64,000 bases of DNA, taken from assembly GCF_965240435.1 (NCBI RefSeq), contig NZ_CBDEKO010000003.1; one strand, 5' to 3'. The position numbers and the translations under genes were made by a program. Below are positions 9,306 to 18,825 of this stretch, one piece after another. How positions within the stretch are numbered: the first letter of the stretch is position 1; each line of letters opens with the position of its first letter. The notes under the pieces were generated by a model. That model was not told the DNA's origin. It saw only the letters and a list, made by a program, of their open reading frames with translations, and did no database searches. This stretch comes from Moorena producens. Lineage in GTDB: Bacteria > Cyanobacteriota > Cyanobacteriia > Cyanobacteriales > Coleofasciculaceae.

Positions 9306-12008
9306 CTAAGCCATTTGTCGAGCCATCAAATTAGCAAATAACCCTTCCTGATTAAGCAGTTCTTCAAAGGTTCCCTGTTGTACCACTCTCCCAGCCTCCA
9401 GCACATAAATACGGTCTGCTTTGCGGATAGTGCTGAGGCGGTGGGCAATTACGATCCGAGTCACTCGCAATTCGTCAATACTTTGACTAACAATGTTTTG
9501 GGTGCGGTTATCTAAAGCACTGGTGGCTTCATCGAATATCAATAGTCTTGGTTTTAAGACTAAGGCACGAGCAATTAATAGCCGTTGTCGCTGTCCGCCA
9601 GAAAGATTGGTACCACCTTCAGAAATAACGGTGTGCATCCCCATGGGCATAGCTTCAATATCATCAGCAAACCCTGCCATTTTTGCAGCTTCCCAGGCTT
9701 CATCCATGGTAACTAAAGCACCACTGGCAATGTTATCGAAGATAGAAGCACTATTAATTCGACCGTTTTGTAGCACTACTCCTAGTTGCCGACGCACAGC
9801 TGAGATATCTAGTCCAGATAAGTCTTGACCATCGTAGTAAATGGTGCCATTTTCAGAGGTTTCAAACCCCAACAGTAATCGGATAATCGTGGATTTGCCA
9901 CTACCAGATGGACCGACTAAAGCAATAAATTCTCCAGGGTTTGCCTGAATAGTAATATTCTCTAAAATCAAAGGACTATCCTGTCGGTAGCGGAAGCTGA
10001 CATGATCTAATTTAAGTTGCCCCGAAAGCCGTCCTGGATCCGCTTTGCTTAAGTCTAGTTCCGGTGTAGCTTCTAAAATCGGTTGAGTTCGTTCCCATAA
10101 AATACCTATTTCTAAGATATTAATTAGGGTATTGCTTAAATCAGTTGCGCCAGTGATAAAGGTTCCAAAAGCAGTATTGAAGGCTAGGAACGTACCAGTA
10201 GATAAACCTTGCCCAGATTGGGATTTGGTAATGGATTGAACAGCCACGGCGAAGATAATCATTTGGCTGAGGGTAGGAAGTATGGTATTAAATACGTTCA
10301 GTAAGTCTTCCATTAACTGCGTACTTAGCACCAGCTTAATTTGCTGAGTATAGTATTTAGCCCAGTAGGCAAATGCCCGATTTTCTGCCCCTGCTACCCG
10401 GAGTTTAGAAACACCACCAATTAGCTGCACCGTCAGTCCAAAAATTTCTCCTGCTAGCTGTTGCAAGGGTCTTAGCTTGCGCCGGGTTAAAATACCAGAG
10501 GTAGTGGTCAAAATGATCGCAGTTAATGCCACTCCCAACGGGACTAAGGCTAATTGGGCATCGTAGATGAACAGCAAACCCAAATTTAACAGAGAGAAAA
10601 AACTGGTGAATAGGGTTTGCATCACTGTGCCACTGAGTCGGTTACGGATCTCAGAAATTGCTGAAGCCCGGGATATTAGGTCTCCAGTGGAATATTGCTG
10701 AAAAAAAGAAATTCTTAGGTTTAATAATCGGTCCCAAACAGCGGCTTGGCTGGTAGCTTCGCTAATCGTTTGTAATCTCAAGGTGGCAAGCCCTTGAGCC
10801 ACTTGAAAGATGGCACTGCCAAAGCTAGCTGCTAACAGTCCTAACCCTACCTGTCCTAATAATCCCCGGTCAGCATCGGGAATAGCATTGTCAATCAGAA
10901 TGGCAGTGGCTTGAGGAGTGACCATTCCCAAAACAGCAGCGGCGACTCCCGTCAACATCAGGGTGATTAACTCTTTGCTACGACCTCTAAGGGTAAACTG
11001 GAGTAAGTCTAGGGCTTTAATTGCTTGATCGGGGAATGACCGATAAAACATATAAGCCATGGGAGCAACGAAACTAGCATTATTGCCATTGACTGGGACA
11101 CGCTTTCCCGATTCTGGGTCTAGGACCTCATACTCACCCACCCCTATTGGTAGCAGTGCCACAGGTCGATTATCCTCTCGGGTGTAGGCTAATAGAGGCC
11201 CATTGTCCTTCTTCCACCAGTAGTCACGTAGAATCACTCGCCGGATCCGAATGCGGGAAGCACGGGCGATCGCTTCTATGGGTTTTCGGACTCGATTGAG
11301 GTCTTCTGACTGGGCGGGGGGGTTAATTTGAATCCCCATCGCCCGTCCTACAGCACCAGCGGCAATTAAGAGGGGGGTTCCCTGTTGAAAACTCTCTTTT
11401 AACTGGGGCTTGATCACAGATGCTAGTTCTGCAATCGCTTCCGTGGTAACTTGCTGATTGAGGCGTTCCCGTTCTTGGAACTGAGTCAGTTTTTGAGCTG
11501 ATTCTGTCTGTTCGAGTTTAGCCAGGTAGTGGTAGAGGTTACTGTATAGCTGATCCAGATTGGACTGTAGGGACTCCCAACTGTAAACTGCTGAGGTATC
11601 TAATACCGTAGACGGAGTAACCACACCAGGGAAGATGGAAAATCCCTCAATCCATTTCTCGGTCAACCTAATGATGTCCTGGGAAATCCGAGTAGCTGCT
11701 TTACCATTACTATTCCCTTCTAGTTCTATTTCTCTAGTGGTTAACTGACAAACTGTTGCTTCTTCAATTGCCACAGCTAGAATGCTGTAGGGCTTGTCTT
11801 GGGCATTCGCCCCCATCCCAAACAAAGCCTCACCCACTCCCAGGCTGAATAGATAACGGCGTCGCCCCTCTAGAACACCATCGTTACGCTCAACGGCAAA
11901 TATAGCAATAGAACCGGACTTAATCAGCCAAAGCTTCTGTAGATCATCCAACAGTAGGGGACGATTCCCTTTTACTACCAATTGAGGATTACCGGTTACA
12001 GAATCCAC
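9306..12008 (-). CDS. ABC transporter (permease plus ATPase) with N-terminal cyclic-nucleotide-binding domain; bacteriocin/lantibiotic exporter family (TIGR03797-like)
   Basis: 900 aa. N-terminal cNMP-binding-like domain (ILEGRRRYLFSLGVGEALFGM). Six-TM ABC exporter domain. C-terminal NBD with Walker A (GPSGSGKST), signature (LSGGQRQRLLIARAL) and Walker B (LLIFDEATSALD). Confidence 0.8.
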   Translation of the reverse strand: MDSVTGNPQLVVKGNRPLLLDDLQKLWLIKSGSIAIFAVERNDGVLEGRRRYLFSLGVGEALFGMGANAQDKPYSILAVAIEEATVCQLTTREIELEGNSNGKAATRISQDIIRLTEKWIEGFSIFPGVVTPSTVLDTSAVYSWESLQSNLDQLYSNLYHYLAKLEQTESAQKLTQFQERERLNQQVTTEAIAELASVIKPQLKESFQQGTPLLIAAGAVGRAMGIQINPPAQSEDLNRVRKPIEAIARASRIRIRRVILRDYWWKKDNGPLLAYTREDNRPVALLPIGVGEYEVLDPESGKRVPVNGNNASFVAPMAYMFYRSFPDQAIKALDLLQFTLRGRSKELITLMLTGVAAAVLGMVTPQATAILIDNAIPDADRGLLGQVGLGLLAASFGSAIFQVAQGLATLRLQTISEATSQAAVWDRLLNLRISFFQQYSTGDLISRASAISEIRNRLSGTVMQTLFTSFFSLLNLGLLFIYDAQLALVPLGVALTAIILTTTSGILTRRKLRPLQQLAGEIFGLTVQLIGGVSKLRVAGAENRAFAYWAKYYTQQIKLVLSTQLMEDLLNVFNTILPTLSQMIIFAVAVQSITKSQSGQGLSTGTFLAFNTAFGTFITGATDLSNTLINILEIGILWERTQPILEATPELDLSKADPGRLSGQLKLDHVSFRYRQDSPLILENITIQANPGEFIALVGPSGSGKSTIIRLLLGFETSENGTIYYDGQDLSGLDISAVRRQLGVVLQNGRINSASIFDNIASGALVTMDEAWEAAKMAGFADDIEAMPMGMHTVISEGGTNLSGGQRQRLLIARALVLKPRLLIFDEATSALDNRTQNIVSQSIDELRVTRIVIAHRLSTIRKADRIYVLEAGRVVQQGTFEELLNQEGLFANLMARQMA

Positions 12009-12052
12009 GAATCTCTCTTCTATTGATGGGATCCCATGACCAAGGGGTAAAT

Positions 12053-12092
12053 CTCAGCCAAAGGATGCGATTAGCCCGAAGGGCGTTGGCTA
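12053..12092. repeat. Dispersed ~37-nt repeat ATGCGATTAGCCCGAAGGGCGTTGGCTAGCGAACGCA (copy 1 of 3 in window)
   Basis: Identical or near-identical copies at about 37236-37268 and 37314-37350. Contains two small hairpins (GCCC-GAAG-GGC and GCGTT..AACGC). Confidence 0.7.
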
Positions 12093-12363
12093 GCGAACGC
12101 ACTCACCGAGTCTAACACTATTAGCCTAAGACCTAACACCCAAAACCTAACTGCTATTCAGGGTGATCTCTAATTGACAAAAGCGAGCAGAAAAATACGA
12201 TAGAGATAAACAGGAGTAGTGGGATAGAGCTAAGGAAAAAAGCACAACTATAAGCCAAAGGTTGGAAAGTTAGCACAGTGACATAATTCTTAGAATTAAC
12301 CCCAGAATAAGCGACATTAATAGAAATACAATTAGCCCTTGAGATGTGTTCCCACTCAGTGAT

Positions 12364-12425
12364 ACCTAAAACCTAAAACCTAAAACCTAATACCTAAAAC
12401 CTAATACCTAAAACCTAATACCTAA
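12364..12425. repeat. Heptanucleotide tandem repeat (ACCTAAA/ACCTAAT, about 9 units)
   Basis: Seen directly, immediately upstream of the 12434 CDS. Confidence 0.8.
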
Positions 12426-12433
12426 CTAAAAAA

Positions 12434-13564
12434 ATGACTATTGAACTTTTGTCCCACCTAACCGGACGAAACCTCACTCAAGACGATATAACACCGCCTG
12501 TGAGGTTTTTAGCTGCCCTAGTAACCCTTGGGATGGGAGTCATGTATGCTGATGGCGTTGTACAGGACGAAGAGAAGCAGCTACTAGAGAAAACCATTGA
12601 GCGATTAGTACCCCCCCAGAGGGATGTCCGTCAATTGGTGCAGCGTTTGCTTTCTGGACTAGAGAAGAATCCGGTTTATCAAAATCCTCAGCAGTGGTTG
12701 AAGCTAACCACCTCCCTGTCTGAGTCAGAGGGAATTTTGCTCCTTAACTTTTGCTATGCCATGTCAGCGGTGGATGGGACGATTGACCCCAATGAAAGCC
12801 AGTATTTACAGCTAGCCTCAAATTCCCTAGGCATTGATTCCCGCTACCCAGTGCTGATGGAAGCTTGGTTCAAGGGTGAGGAATTTCCAGATCAGTCGGT
12901 TTGGGAAGAGTTGCAATCAAAGCTGCAACCAGAACAGTTTGAGGCTCTAGGTATCCGACTGGTAAATCAGCAAGTTGTTGAATACTTGTCTCGTCTGGTG
13001 GGAAGGCAACTCAGTCTGCTAGATATTACACCAACCATGATTTTTGTGGTATCCTTAGTCACTATTTCCTTGGAAGTAATGTTGGCGGATGGTCAAGTGG
13101 TAGAAGAAGAAACACAGCTGCTGGCAAAAACCATTGACCGCTTAACGCCTCCCGAGGAGGATGATTTGCGTCAATTGGGGCCGTTTTTGATCGGACTTCT
13201 GCTTCGGCAAGTTCAGCGGAACCCTACTGCGTCTAATTGCCCCGAATGGTTAACTTTGACTAAGCCTCTAAGCGATGCTGAGAAGCTACTCCTGTTGTGC
13301 TTTGCTTATGATATGTCAGCGGCGGATGGGGAAATTGACCCTACTGAGCAGAACTATTTACACATAGTGGCTAAGCATCTGGGGATTGATGCTAGGTATA
13401 CAGCAGTCCTGGAGGCAGGATTTAGGGATGAAGATATTCAGGATGAACAGGCTTGGGAGGAGTTGCGCTCCCAGCTCCATCCGGATCAGTTTCAGTATCT
13501 GGATATGGTATTTGTAGATGCGGCTAGATATATGCTCGATTGCCTGGAAGTATGTAGCTTGTGA
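12434..13564 (+). CDS. Tandem TerB-like (tellurite-resistance TerB / DjlA N-terminal-like) domain protein
   Basis: 376 aa made of two homologous halves. Each half contains ..LLxKTIxRLxPP..(W)LxLTxxLSxxExxLLLxFxYxMSAxDGxIDPxExxYLxxxAxxLGIDxRY... Confidence 0.55.
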   Translation: MTIELLSHLTGRNLTQDDITPPVRFLAALVTLGMGVMYADGVVQDEEKQLLEKTIERLVPPQRDVRQLVQRLLSGLEKNPVYQNPQQWLKLTTSLSESEGILLLNFCYAMSAVDGTIDPNESQYLQLASNSLGIDSRYPVLMEAWFKGEEFPDQSVWEELQSKLQPEQFEALGIRLVNQQVVEYLSRLVGRQLSLLDITPTMIFVVSLVTISLEVMLADGQVVEEETQLLAKTIDRLTPPEEDDLRQLGPFLIGLLLRQVQRNPTASNCPEWLTLTKPLSDAEKLLLLCFAYDMSAADGEIDPTEQNYLHIVAKHLGIDARYTAVLEAGFRDEDIQDEQAWEELRSQLHPDQFQYLDMVFVDAARYMLDCLEVCSL

Positions 13565-13657
13565 TGGAAAACTCCTGATGGTTGAAGGTTATTCTTGCCC
13601 AGGTGTCCGAAGTAGCGTAGGTTTACCGTTCACAGCCTTTGACTTTCTCCTAAAGAC

Positions 13658-14827
13658 ATGAAATTTCCAAACTCCCTAGATTTTCGTAGGATAGAATCCT
13701 GCTCCAGCCTGCTCGCCACATATGGTGCTAAGCCTGAGGAAATTGAGGAGTTATTGGCATACAACGAAAATGTCTTTCACGACCCAGACCTCGACCCCCA
13801 GACCTTTCCTCTGGCACCAGAACCCCATGTTGCTGCCTGGGAAGGGTATCATACCCAAGCTCAGGAGGTGGGAGTATTTGAAACATTGCGATCGCATTTG
13901 GTACAGCTACAATTTCCCATCAAGCCAGGCATCAGCCAGACTTTAGCTTACCAAGGGGCTACCCGTCGAGGCCAACCCACTATCGGGATGCTTGAGGCAA
14001 CTGGACTAGCGCTAGAGCAGCCAGACTCCCTACAGCTGATTATCCATCCCAGTGCAGCTGGAGCAATTCCGGTGATCATTGCTAGCTGTCGAAAGGATTT
14101 TGTTAGCTTGGTTCAAGCATTAACCAAACACAATGAACCCCAAGCAATCCCCGACTCCATGGGGGCTGCTATGGTTGGCGGATATAACAATTGGGATAGA
14201 ATTCGCCACTATCGCAGGACTTGGGAAGCTCAGCAGTCACAGCCGGTGAGTGAGGCAGCTTGGAACGCAGAATTCAAAAGAATAATTCCCCAAAAACACC
14301 TCTATCAAGACCGCTTCATAATTCTTTCTCAGGGGAACTACAGTGCGGTTTCTGCCTCTGAGATGGGAATGCCAGAAAGTCAATGGGGCAAATTATCCTT
14401 AACCATTCGCCTAGAGCATGAATGTACCCACTATTTTACCCGTCGGGTATTGGGTTCGATGCGCAATAATTTACTCGATGAGTTAATTGCTGATTACCAG
14501 GGAATTGTAGCTGCTAATGATGGTTACTATCGTGCTGACTGGTTTTTAAAGTTTATGGGCTTAGAATCATTTCCGGACTATCGAGCGGGAGGGAGAGTAG
14601 AAAATTATCGGGGTGAACCGACCCTTTCTGAGGGAGCATTTAGAATTTTGCAGCGGTTGGTAAAAGATGCCGCAGAGAACTTGGAGGCATTTAATTTAGC
14701 TCACCAAAATCAGTTACAGGGCAGGTCAAATCAAGGGAAGATGGTAATCGCGTTAACTCGTTTAAGGTTGGAGGAATTGGCGGATAAGCGACATAATTTT
14801 TTGGAGGAAATCTGGCAGAATGTTTAA
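13658..14827 (+). CDS. Hypothetical protein with HExxH motif (possible zinc-dependent hydrolase)
   Basis: 389 aa with the motif LEHECTHYFTRR. No firm family assignment. Confidence 0.4.
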   Translation: MKFPNSLDFRRIESCSSLLATYGAKPEEIEELLAYNENVFHDPDLDPQTFPLAPEPHVAAWEGYHTQAQEVGVFETLRSHLVQLQFPIKPGISQTLAYQGATRRGQPTIGMLEATGLALEQPDSLQLIIHPSAAGAIPVIIASCRKDFVSLVQALTKHNEPQAIPDSMGAAMVGGYNNWDRIRHYRRTWEAQQSQPVSEAAWNAEFKRIIPQKHLYQDRFIILSQGNYSAVSASEMGMPESQWGKLSLTIRLEHECTHYFTRRVLGSMRNNLLDELIADYQGIVAANDGYYRADWFLKFMGLESFPDYRAGGRVENYRGEPTLSEGAFRILQRLVKDAAENLEAFNLAHQNQLQGRSNQGKMVIALTRLRLEELADKRHNFLEEIWQNV

Positions 14828-14829
14828 TG

Positions 14830-14935
14830 TTAACGTTAACGGTTGAAGGGTAAATGTTAAAGGTTAAATGTTGAAGGTTGAACGCGCACGCGTGGCCATT
14901 CGCGTAGCGTGGCCAATAGGCCAAGGCCAAGGTTA
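14830..14935. repeat. Heptamer array (GTTGAAG/GTTAAAG-like) followed by a GCGTGGCC..GGCCAAGG palindromic element
   Basis: Same element family as 8101-8135, 37273-37300 and 61008-61040. Here it has a TAG at the variable position (cattcgcgTAGcgtggcc). Confidence 0.7.
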
Positions 14936-15067
14936 ACCGCCACCGTTTCCACCGCCTTCCCAGATCCGCTGTTCCCCGTTCCCTGTTCCCTAATCCGAAG
15001 TTCCCTCTTTAACAGTTCTGGCCTAATGGGTCTTGAGTAATCACAATTATCCATTACCGATTATCCA

Positions 15068-16156
15068 TTATCCAGTCTTACCATAATCAACAATAGTTAG
15101 TAAACCTTCTTTGACTAGACGGCGAGCTAAAACCAGTTTGGCCTTGTCACTCAGTGTACCGGGAAAAGACTTAACAGCAAATTGATGATTATCAATCACA
15201 AAGCGAAGGGATGGTTCGATTTTTTTTGGTCCCCATACCTGCTTTTCAGGAAAGATAATACCAACCATATCTTGCCAATCTTCTTGATAAATAATTCGAC
15301 ACGCTGCAGCCGTTATTCCATCCTTTTTGCTAAGAATCGTATCTAGCTCAATTGTGTCGATTTTCTCCTCGTTTTCGACCTTAATCTTATCCTGAATGAA
15401 TAGGTTAACACTGAGTCGCCCTTGACTTGGGTCAGATGATAACATGTCTGGTTTTATATAACCACTGTGCAGCAAATTACTGCTGTAAGCAACTAGTCGG
15501 TTATACTTCATTGGAATAAGTTCTACCAATTCAAAGTCATGATTGGAATCAGTAACATAGTGATGATGGAACTTTGCCTGAGATTCATCATACTCTGGTA
15601 GCCGACTTACTGAAATCGATTCAAAACCAGTTGCTCTATGTCTATAAAAGGCTGTTCCTCCCCAGCACATTTCGGGTAAGGATAGATAATGAACCACAGC
15701 GACTTTTTTATCTGGAACAACTGCATCGAAATGGGGTATAGTTTGTTCAAAGGTTAATTCCTCTGGTTTCATCGTGACCAAACTAAAATAGCCATTACCT
15801 GTGCATTCAGCATCGATTTCAATCTTAAGATGCTCTAACACTGACTTTTCTAAACCATCAATAATGGTATCCGTTTCTTCCTGATGTAGACGATGCCTTA
15901 TTCCTGGATATTTACCTTTTGGAGACGATTTGAACTGAGCCTGATTGATAGCATAGTCTCTGACACGATCAGGAAATTTAAAAAACTGATCAAAAATCAA
16001 GATACAGTTTTTTTCGTTACCAATATACTTAACAGTTAAGTTCGCTGAATCATTGACTTCAAATATAGAGGGATTACAAGCTTGGTTTATTAGTTTTTGT
16101 GCGAATAACTTTTTCAGAAACCCTTTCGGGTTATCAACTGTTTGCGGTTCCATCAA
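15068..16156 (-). CDS. Putative 2OG-Fe(II) oxygenase-like protein
   Basis: 362 aa. Candidate facial triad: HFD (in IPHFDAV), a distal His (in NLLHSG), then RLS (in RLSVNLF) about 18 aa later. Only a 15-nt gap to the upstream halogenase gene on the same strand. Confidence 0.4.
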   Translation of the reverse strand: MMEPQTVDNPKGFLKKLFAQKLINQACNPSIFEVNDSANLTVKYIGNEKNCILIFDQFFKFPDRVRDYAINQAQFKSSPKGKYPGIRHRLHQEETDTIIDGLEKSVLEHLKIEIDAECTGNGYFSLVTMKPEELTFEQTIPHFDAVVPDKKVAVVHYLSLPEMCWGGTAFYRHRATGFESISVSRLPEYDESQAKFHHHYVTDSNHDFELVELIPMKYNRLVAYSSNLLHSGYIKPDMLSSDPSQGRLSVNLFIQDKIKVENEEKIDTIELDTILSKKDGITAAACRIIYQEDWQDMVGIIFPEKQVWGPKKIEPSLRFVIDNHQFAVKSFPGTLSDKAKLVLARRLVKEGLLTIVDYGKTG

Positions 16157-16171
16157 CAGGCAATCCTCATC

Positions 16172-17506
16172 TCAAAACTTCTTTGATAAACAACCTATGC
16201 CACACCCAACCTCAGCAAAACTTGGTGCAGGAAATGAAGCAAACCCTTTTCTGTCGTCTATATTGTCATCTTTTTCTGAAACAATTGAAAACTGATCATG
16301 GTTTTTGAAGGGATGAGGAAGTGCAAGTGCCGCTTGACAGTATTGGTCAAATTCGGCTAAAAGTGGAGAATTTTCTAGCTTCTGTAGCTCAGTCTGAAAA
16401 TTCCCTTTGGCAAATCGCCAAAACTCACTGTCAAAGGCGGATCCCATCCCGTAGTGCCAGCCCACAAATATAGCAGTTTTTAGCACACCGTTCAGTAAGC
16501 TGGCATTAAAGCGCCTCAAATTATTTTCATTCAGTCTTGACTTCTTTCTACCCTGCAACACATACGATACCAGCAACTTACGAAGTGGCCAGCGTGAAAA
16601 ACTTTTCATGTAAGACAAGATCCAGACAATTGCTGTAGCTTCTAGAGGTTCTAAAAATAAGGCAGCATTGCCGATGCGGAAAACAGCACCATCAAAAAAT
16701 GTCCGACAGGCGAAATTGGGAAATGTGAGCTGGCGCTCCGTAGGAGTACAGTGGACTCCTTCGCCATTAAGGAACTGATCAAAATCGGCTCTAACCTCAC
16801 TGATACTGCTAATGTTATGGTTATAGATATAACCGTAAGACGTGCGGGTGGTCAGGGGGATTGTGAAAATCCAACCGTGGGGTCGAGCGATCGCCCGGGT
16901 TGCCGATTGGTATTGGAAGCTACACTGGTCAATTGTAAGGTCAATCTTACCATCCTCAATGGCTGGCCCTCGACGGATTAGTGCAGCATTGGTGGGAATC
17001 AAGTTTAGTTCAATATGTTCAGGACCCAAGGATTTAGGTAAGCCACGAGCATCAATGGCGAAATCAACCTCCAAATTGGTGTCATCCCCAAACTTGATAT
17101 TGGCAACTACACCATCACTTTCAATCTCAACAACCTTCTTCTGAATATGAGTTGCTGAAACATAGTCTGCTAGCAATTCCACTAATTTATCAGCAGAAAT
17201 ATGGTAAGCATAATCGCTCCGGATTGGATAGAAGTGATGAAAGAATTGCTGATACTGGGTTCCCCAATTTTCAAATTTAATCCCAAATTTGCGAGTTAGA
17301 AAACACCGCTGAGCTAACTCAGCATCCTTGAGATTGGTAATGTCTTGGAGCCAATACCGAAAAAATGGTGTTGTTCCCTCCCCTACACCAATGGTAGGAA
17401 TGTTTGGATCAAAGATGTGATACAGCTCGAAAGCTGGAAAATATTTGGTCAAATGGGCAGCAGCGATAAAACCAGCTGTGCCACCACCAATGATTGCAAT
17501 TTTCAT
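16172..17506 (-). CDS. Flavin-dependent halogenase-like FAD oxidoreductase (tryptophan halogenase family)
   Basis: 444 aa. N-terminal GxGxxG (IIGGGTAGFIAA). IGVGEGTTP segment as in the Trp-halogenase Lys region. GWIFTIPL resembles the WxWxIP signature, with F in place of the second W. Confidence 0.55.
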   Translation of the reverse strand: MKIAIIGGGTAGFIAAAHLTKYFPAFELYHIFDPNIPTIGVGEGTTPFFRYWLQDITNLKDAELAQRCFLTRKFGIKFENWGTQYQQFFHHFYPIRSDYAYHISADKLVELLADYVSATHIQKKVVEIESDGVVANIKFGDDTNLEVDFAIDARGLPKSLGPEHIELNLIPTNAALIRRGPAIEDGKIDLTIDQCSFQYQSATRAIARPHGWIFTIPLTTRTSYGYIYNHNISSISEVRADFDQFLNGEGVHCTPTERQLTFPNFACRTFFDGAVFRIGNAALFLEPLEATAIVWILSYMKSFSRWPLRKLLVSYVLQGRKKSRLNENNLRRFNASLLNGVLKTAIFVGWHYGMGSAFDSEFWRFAKGNFQTELQKLENSPLLAEFDQYCQAALALPHPFKNHDQFSIVSEKDDNIDDRKGFASFPAPSFAEVGCGIGCLSKKF

Positions 17507-17754
17507 AACCTGCTTGTAAGCAATCAGCTATTAGCTATTAGCTATCAGCTTGTAATTAAAATTAATTACTTATTGCGATTCACCCAATTATAGCTTATAG
17601 TGTTTTTGAAAAGTTTGAAACGTTTGAAAAGTTGGCGTCATCGTGAACCATGGGGCTATACTAACAAAGTCCGCTACCCATTAACAAGTTTTCATCAACA
17701 ATTCCCCTGAAGACGAAGTGATTAACTAGAGAATATATCAAGACAAGATATCAC

Positions 17755-18825
17755 TTGCCAATGGCTACTTCTTACAGCAAACTTATCCATACTACCTTAG
17801 CATCTTGCGAGCAAGGTTCCAAAAAGTCGATTCAGCTGACATCGTGGAAACCTGGTAGCGCTGTCCGTGAAAGTGCGAAAATGCTGATGGATTGCCGCTT
17901 ATCGTTTATCGATAAGTTGTTCATACGCCAACATTATCTTGTTCTTCGTCAAGGTCTAGTCACTGCTCGCCAAGGTCAACTGATCAAGGCTGAGCAACAC
18001 TTCACGGCGGCACAGAAATTCCTTCAATCAAACCAGTTTTCCCCTGAAGGTGATCTAATTTGCAAATCCTTCCAACAGACGGCACAAGCCTATCTCGACT
18101 ATCGAAGAGGTGATTTCAACCAAGCTCGCACCCGGACGTTGGAAGCCTTAGCCATTGATACAGCCTTGGAAGAAGACTATAATTTCGATCTTCTCGGTCA
18201 TTCTCATCGCCTCGAACTTGCTGGGAATCTGATACGTATTGATTCGAGGTGGATGCAATGCCAGCGTGCTGTTGAACTAGCTGGTCAACTTCTGAGTTAT
18301 CTCGAAGGAGTATTAGAAGAATTACCCCTTTCAGGTTCGTGGAGTTCCCAGCAGGTTGTGCTGCTACCCGTTGAATCTGCTCTGGGGATATTCCTAGCGG
18401 TAACCAGTGAAGTGGCTCTGATGTTGGCAGGAAAAAACCGTCAGGTTGCTCGTGAGCTGTTTGAAATTATGGCTTACCCCATGCAGTTACCCGCTAATCA
18501 AAACCGTTGCCTCCACCCCCGAGTTCATACTTGGTTCTTGCTTAAACAAGCATTCGTCAAGGGCGACACTACCACCTTTCTAGAACAAGCGTCTCATTTC
18601 CTAGCTGAGGGACGTGGTGATATACCGTTACTTTGGTATGGGACTGTTGTTGATCTAGTTACCCTATGTGATCAGCTTGCTTTACCAAACTCAGAGTTAG
18701 TGAGACAGGATATTGCTAGAAATGCCGCTACATGGGAAAAGCTGCCAAAACCGTTTTTTCCTTTGCTTGGAGTCCTTGAAAAAAGCAACAGTTACAACAA
18801 ATTGAAATCATGCTCCCACCCGTAA
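17755..18825 (+). CDS. Hypothetical protein
   Basis: 356 aa. Overlaps the next gene by 16 nt, which suggests co-transcription. The true start may be internal. Confidence 0.4.
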   Translation: MPMATSYSKLIHTTLASCEQGSKKSIQLTSWKPGSAVRESAKMLMDCRLSFIDKLFIRQHYLVLRQGLVTARQGQLIKAEQHFTAAQKFLQSNQFSPEGDLICKSFQQTAQAYLDYRRGDFNQARTRTLEALAIDTALEEDYNFDLLGHSHRLELAGNLIRIDSRWMQCQRAVELAGQLLSYLEGVLEELPLSGSWSSQQVVLLPVESALGIFLAVTSEVALMLAGKNRQVARELFEIMAYPMQLPANQNRCLHPRVHTWFLLKQAFVKGDTTTFLEQASHFLAEGRGDIPLLWYGTVVDLVTLCDQLALPNSELVRQDIARNAATWEKLPKPFFPLLGVLEKSNSYNKLKSCSHP

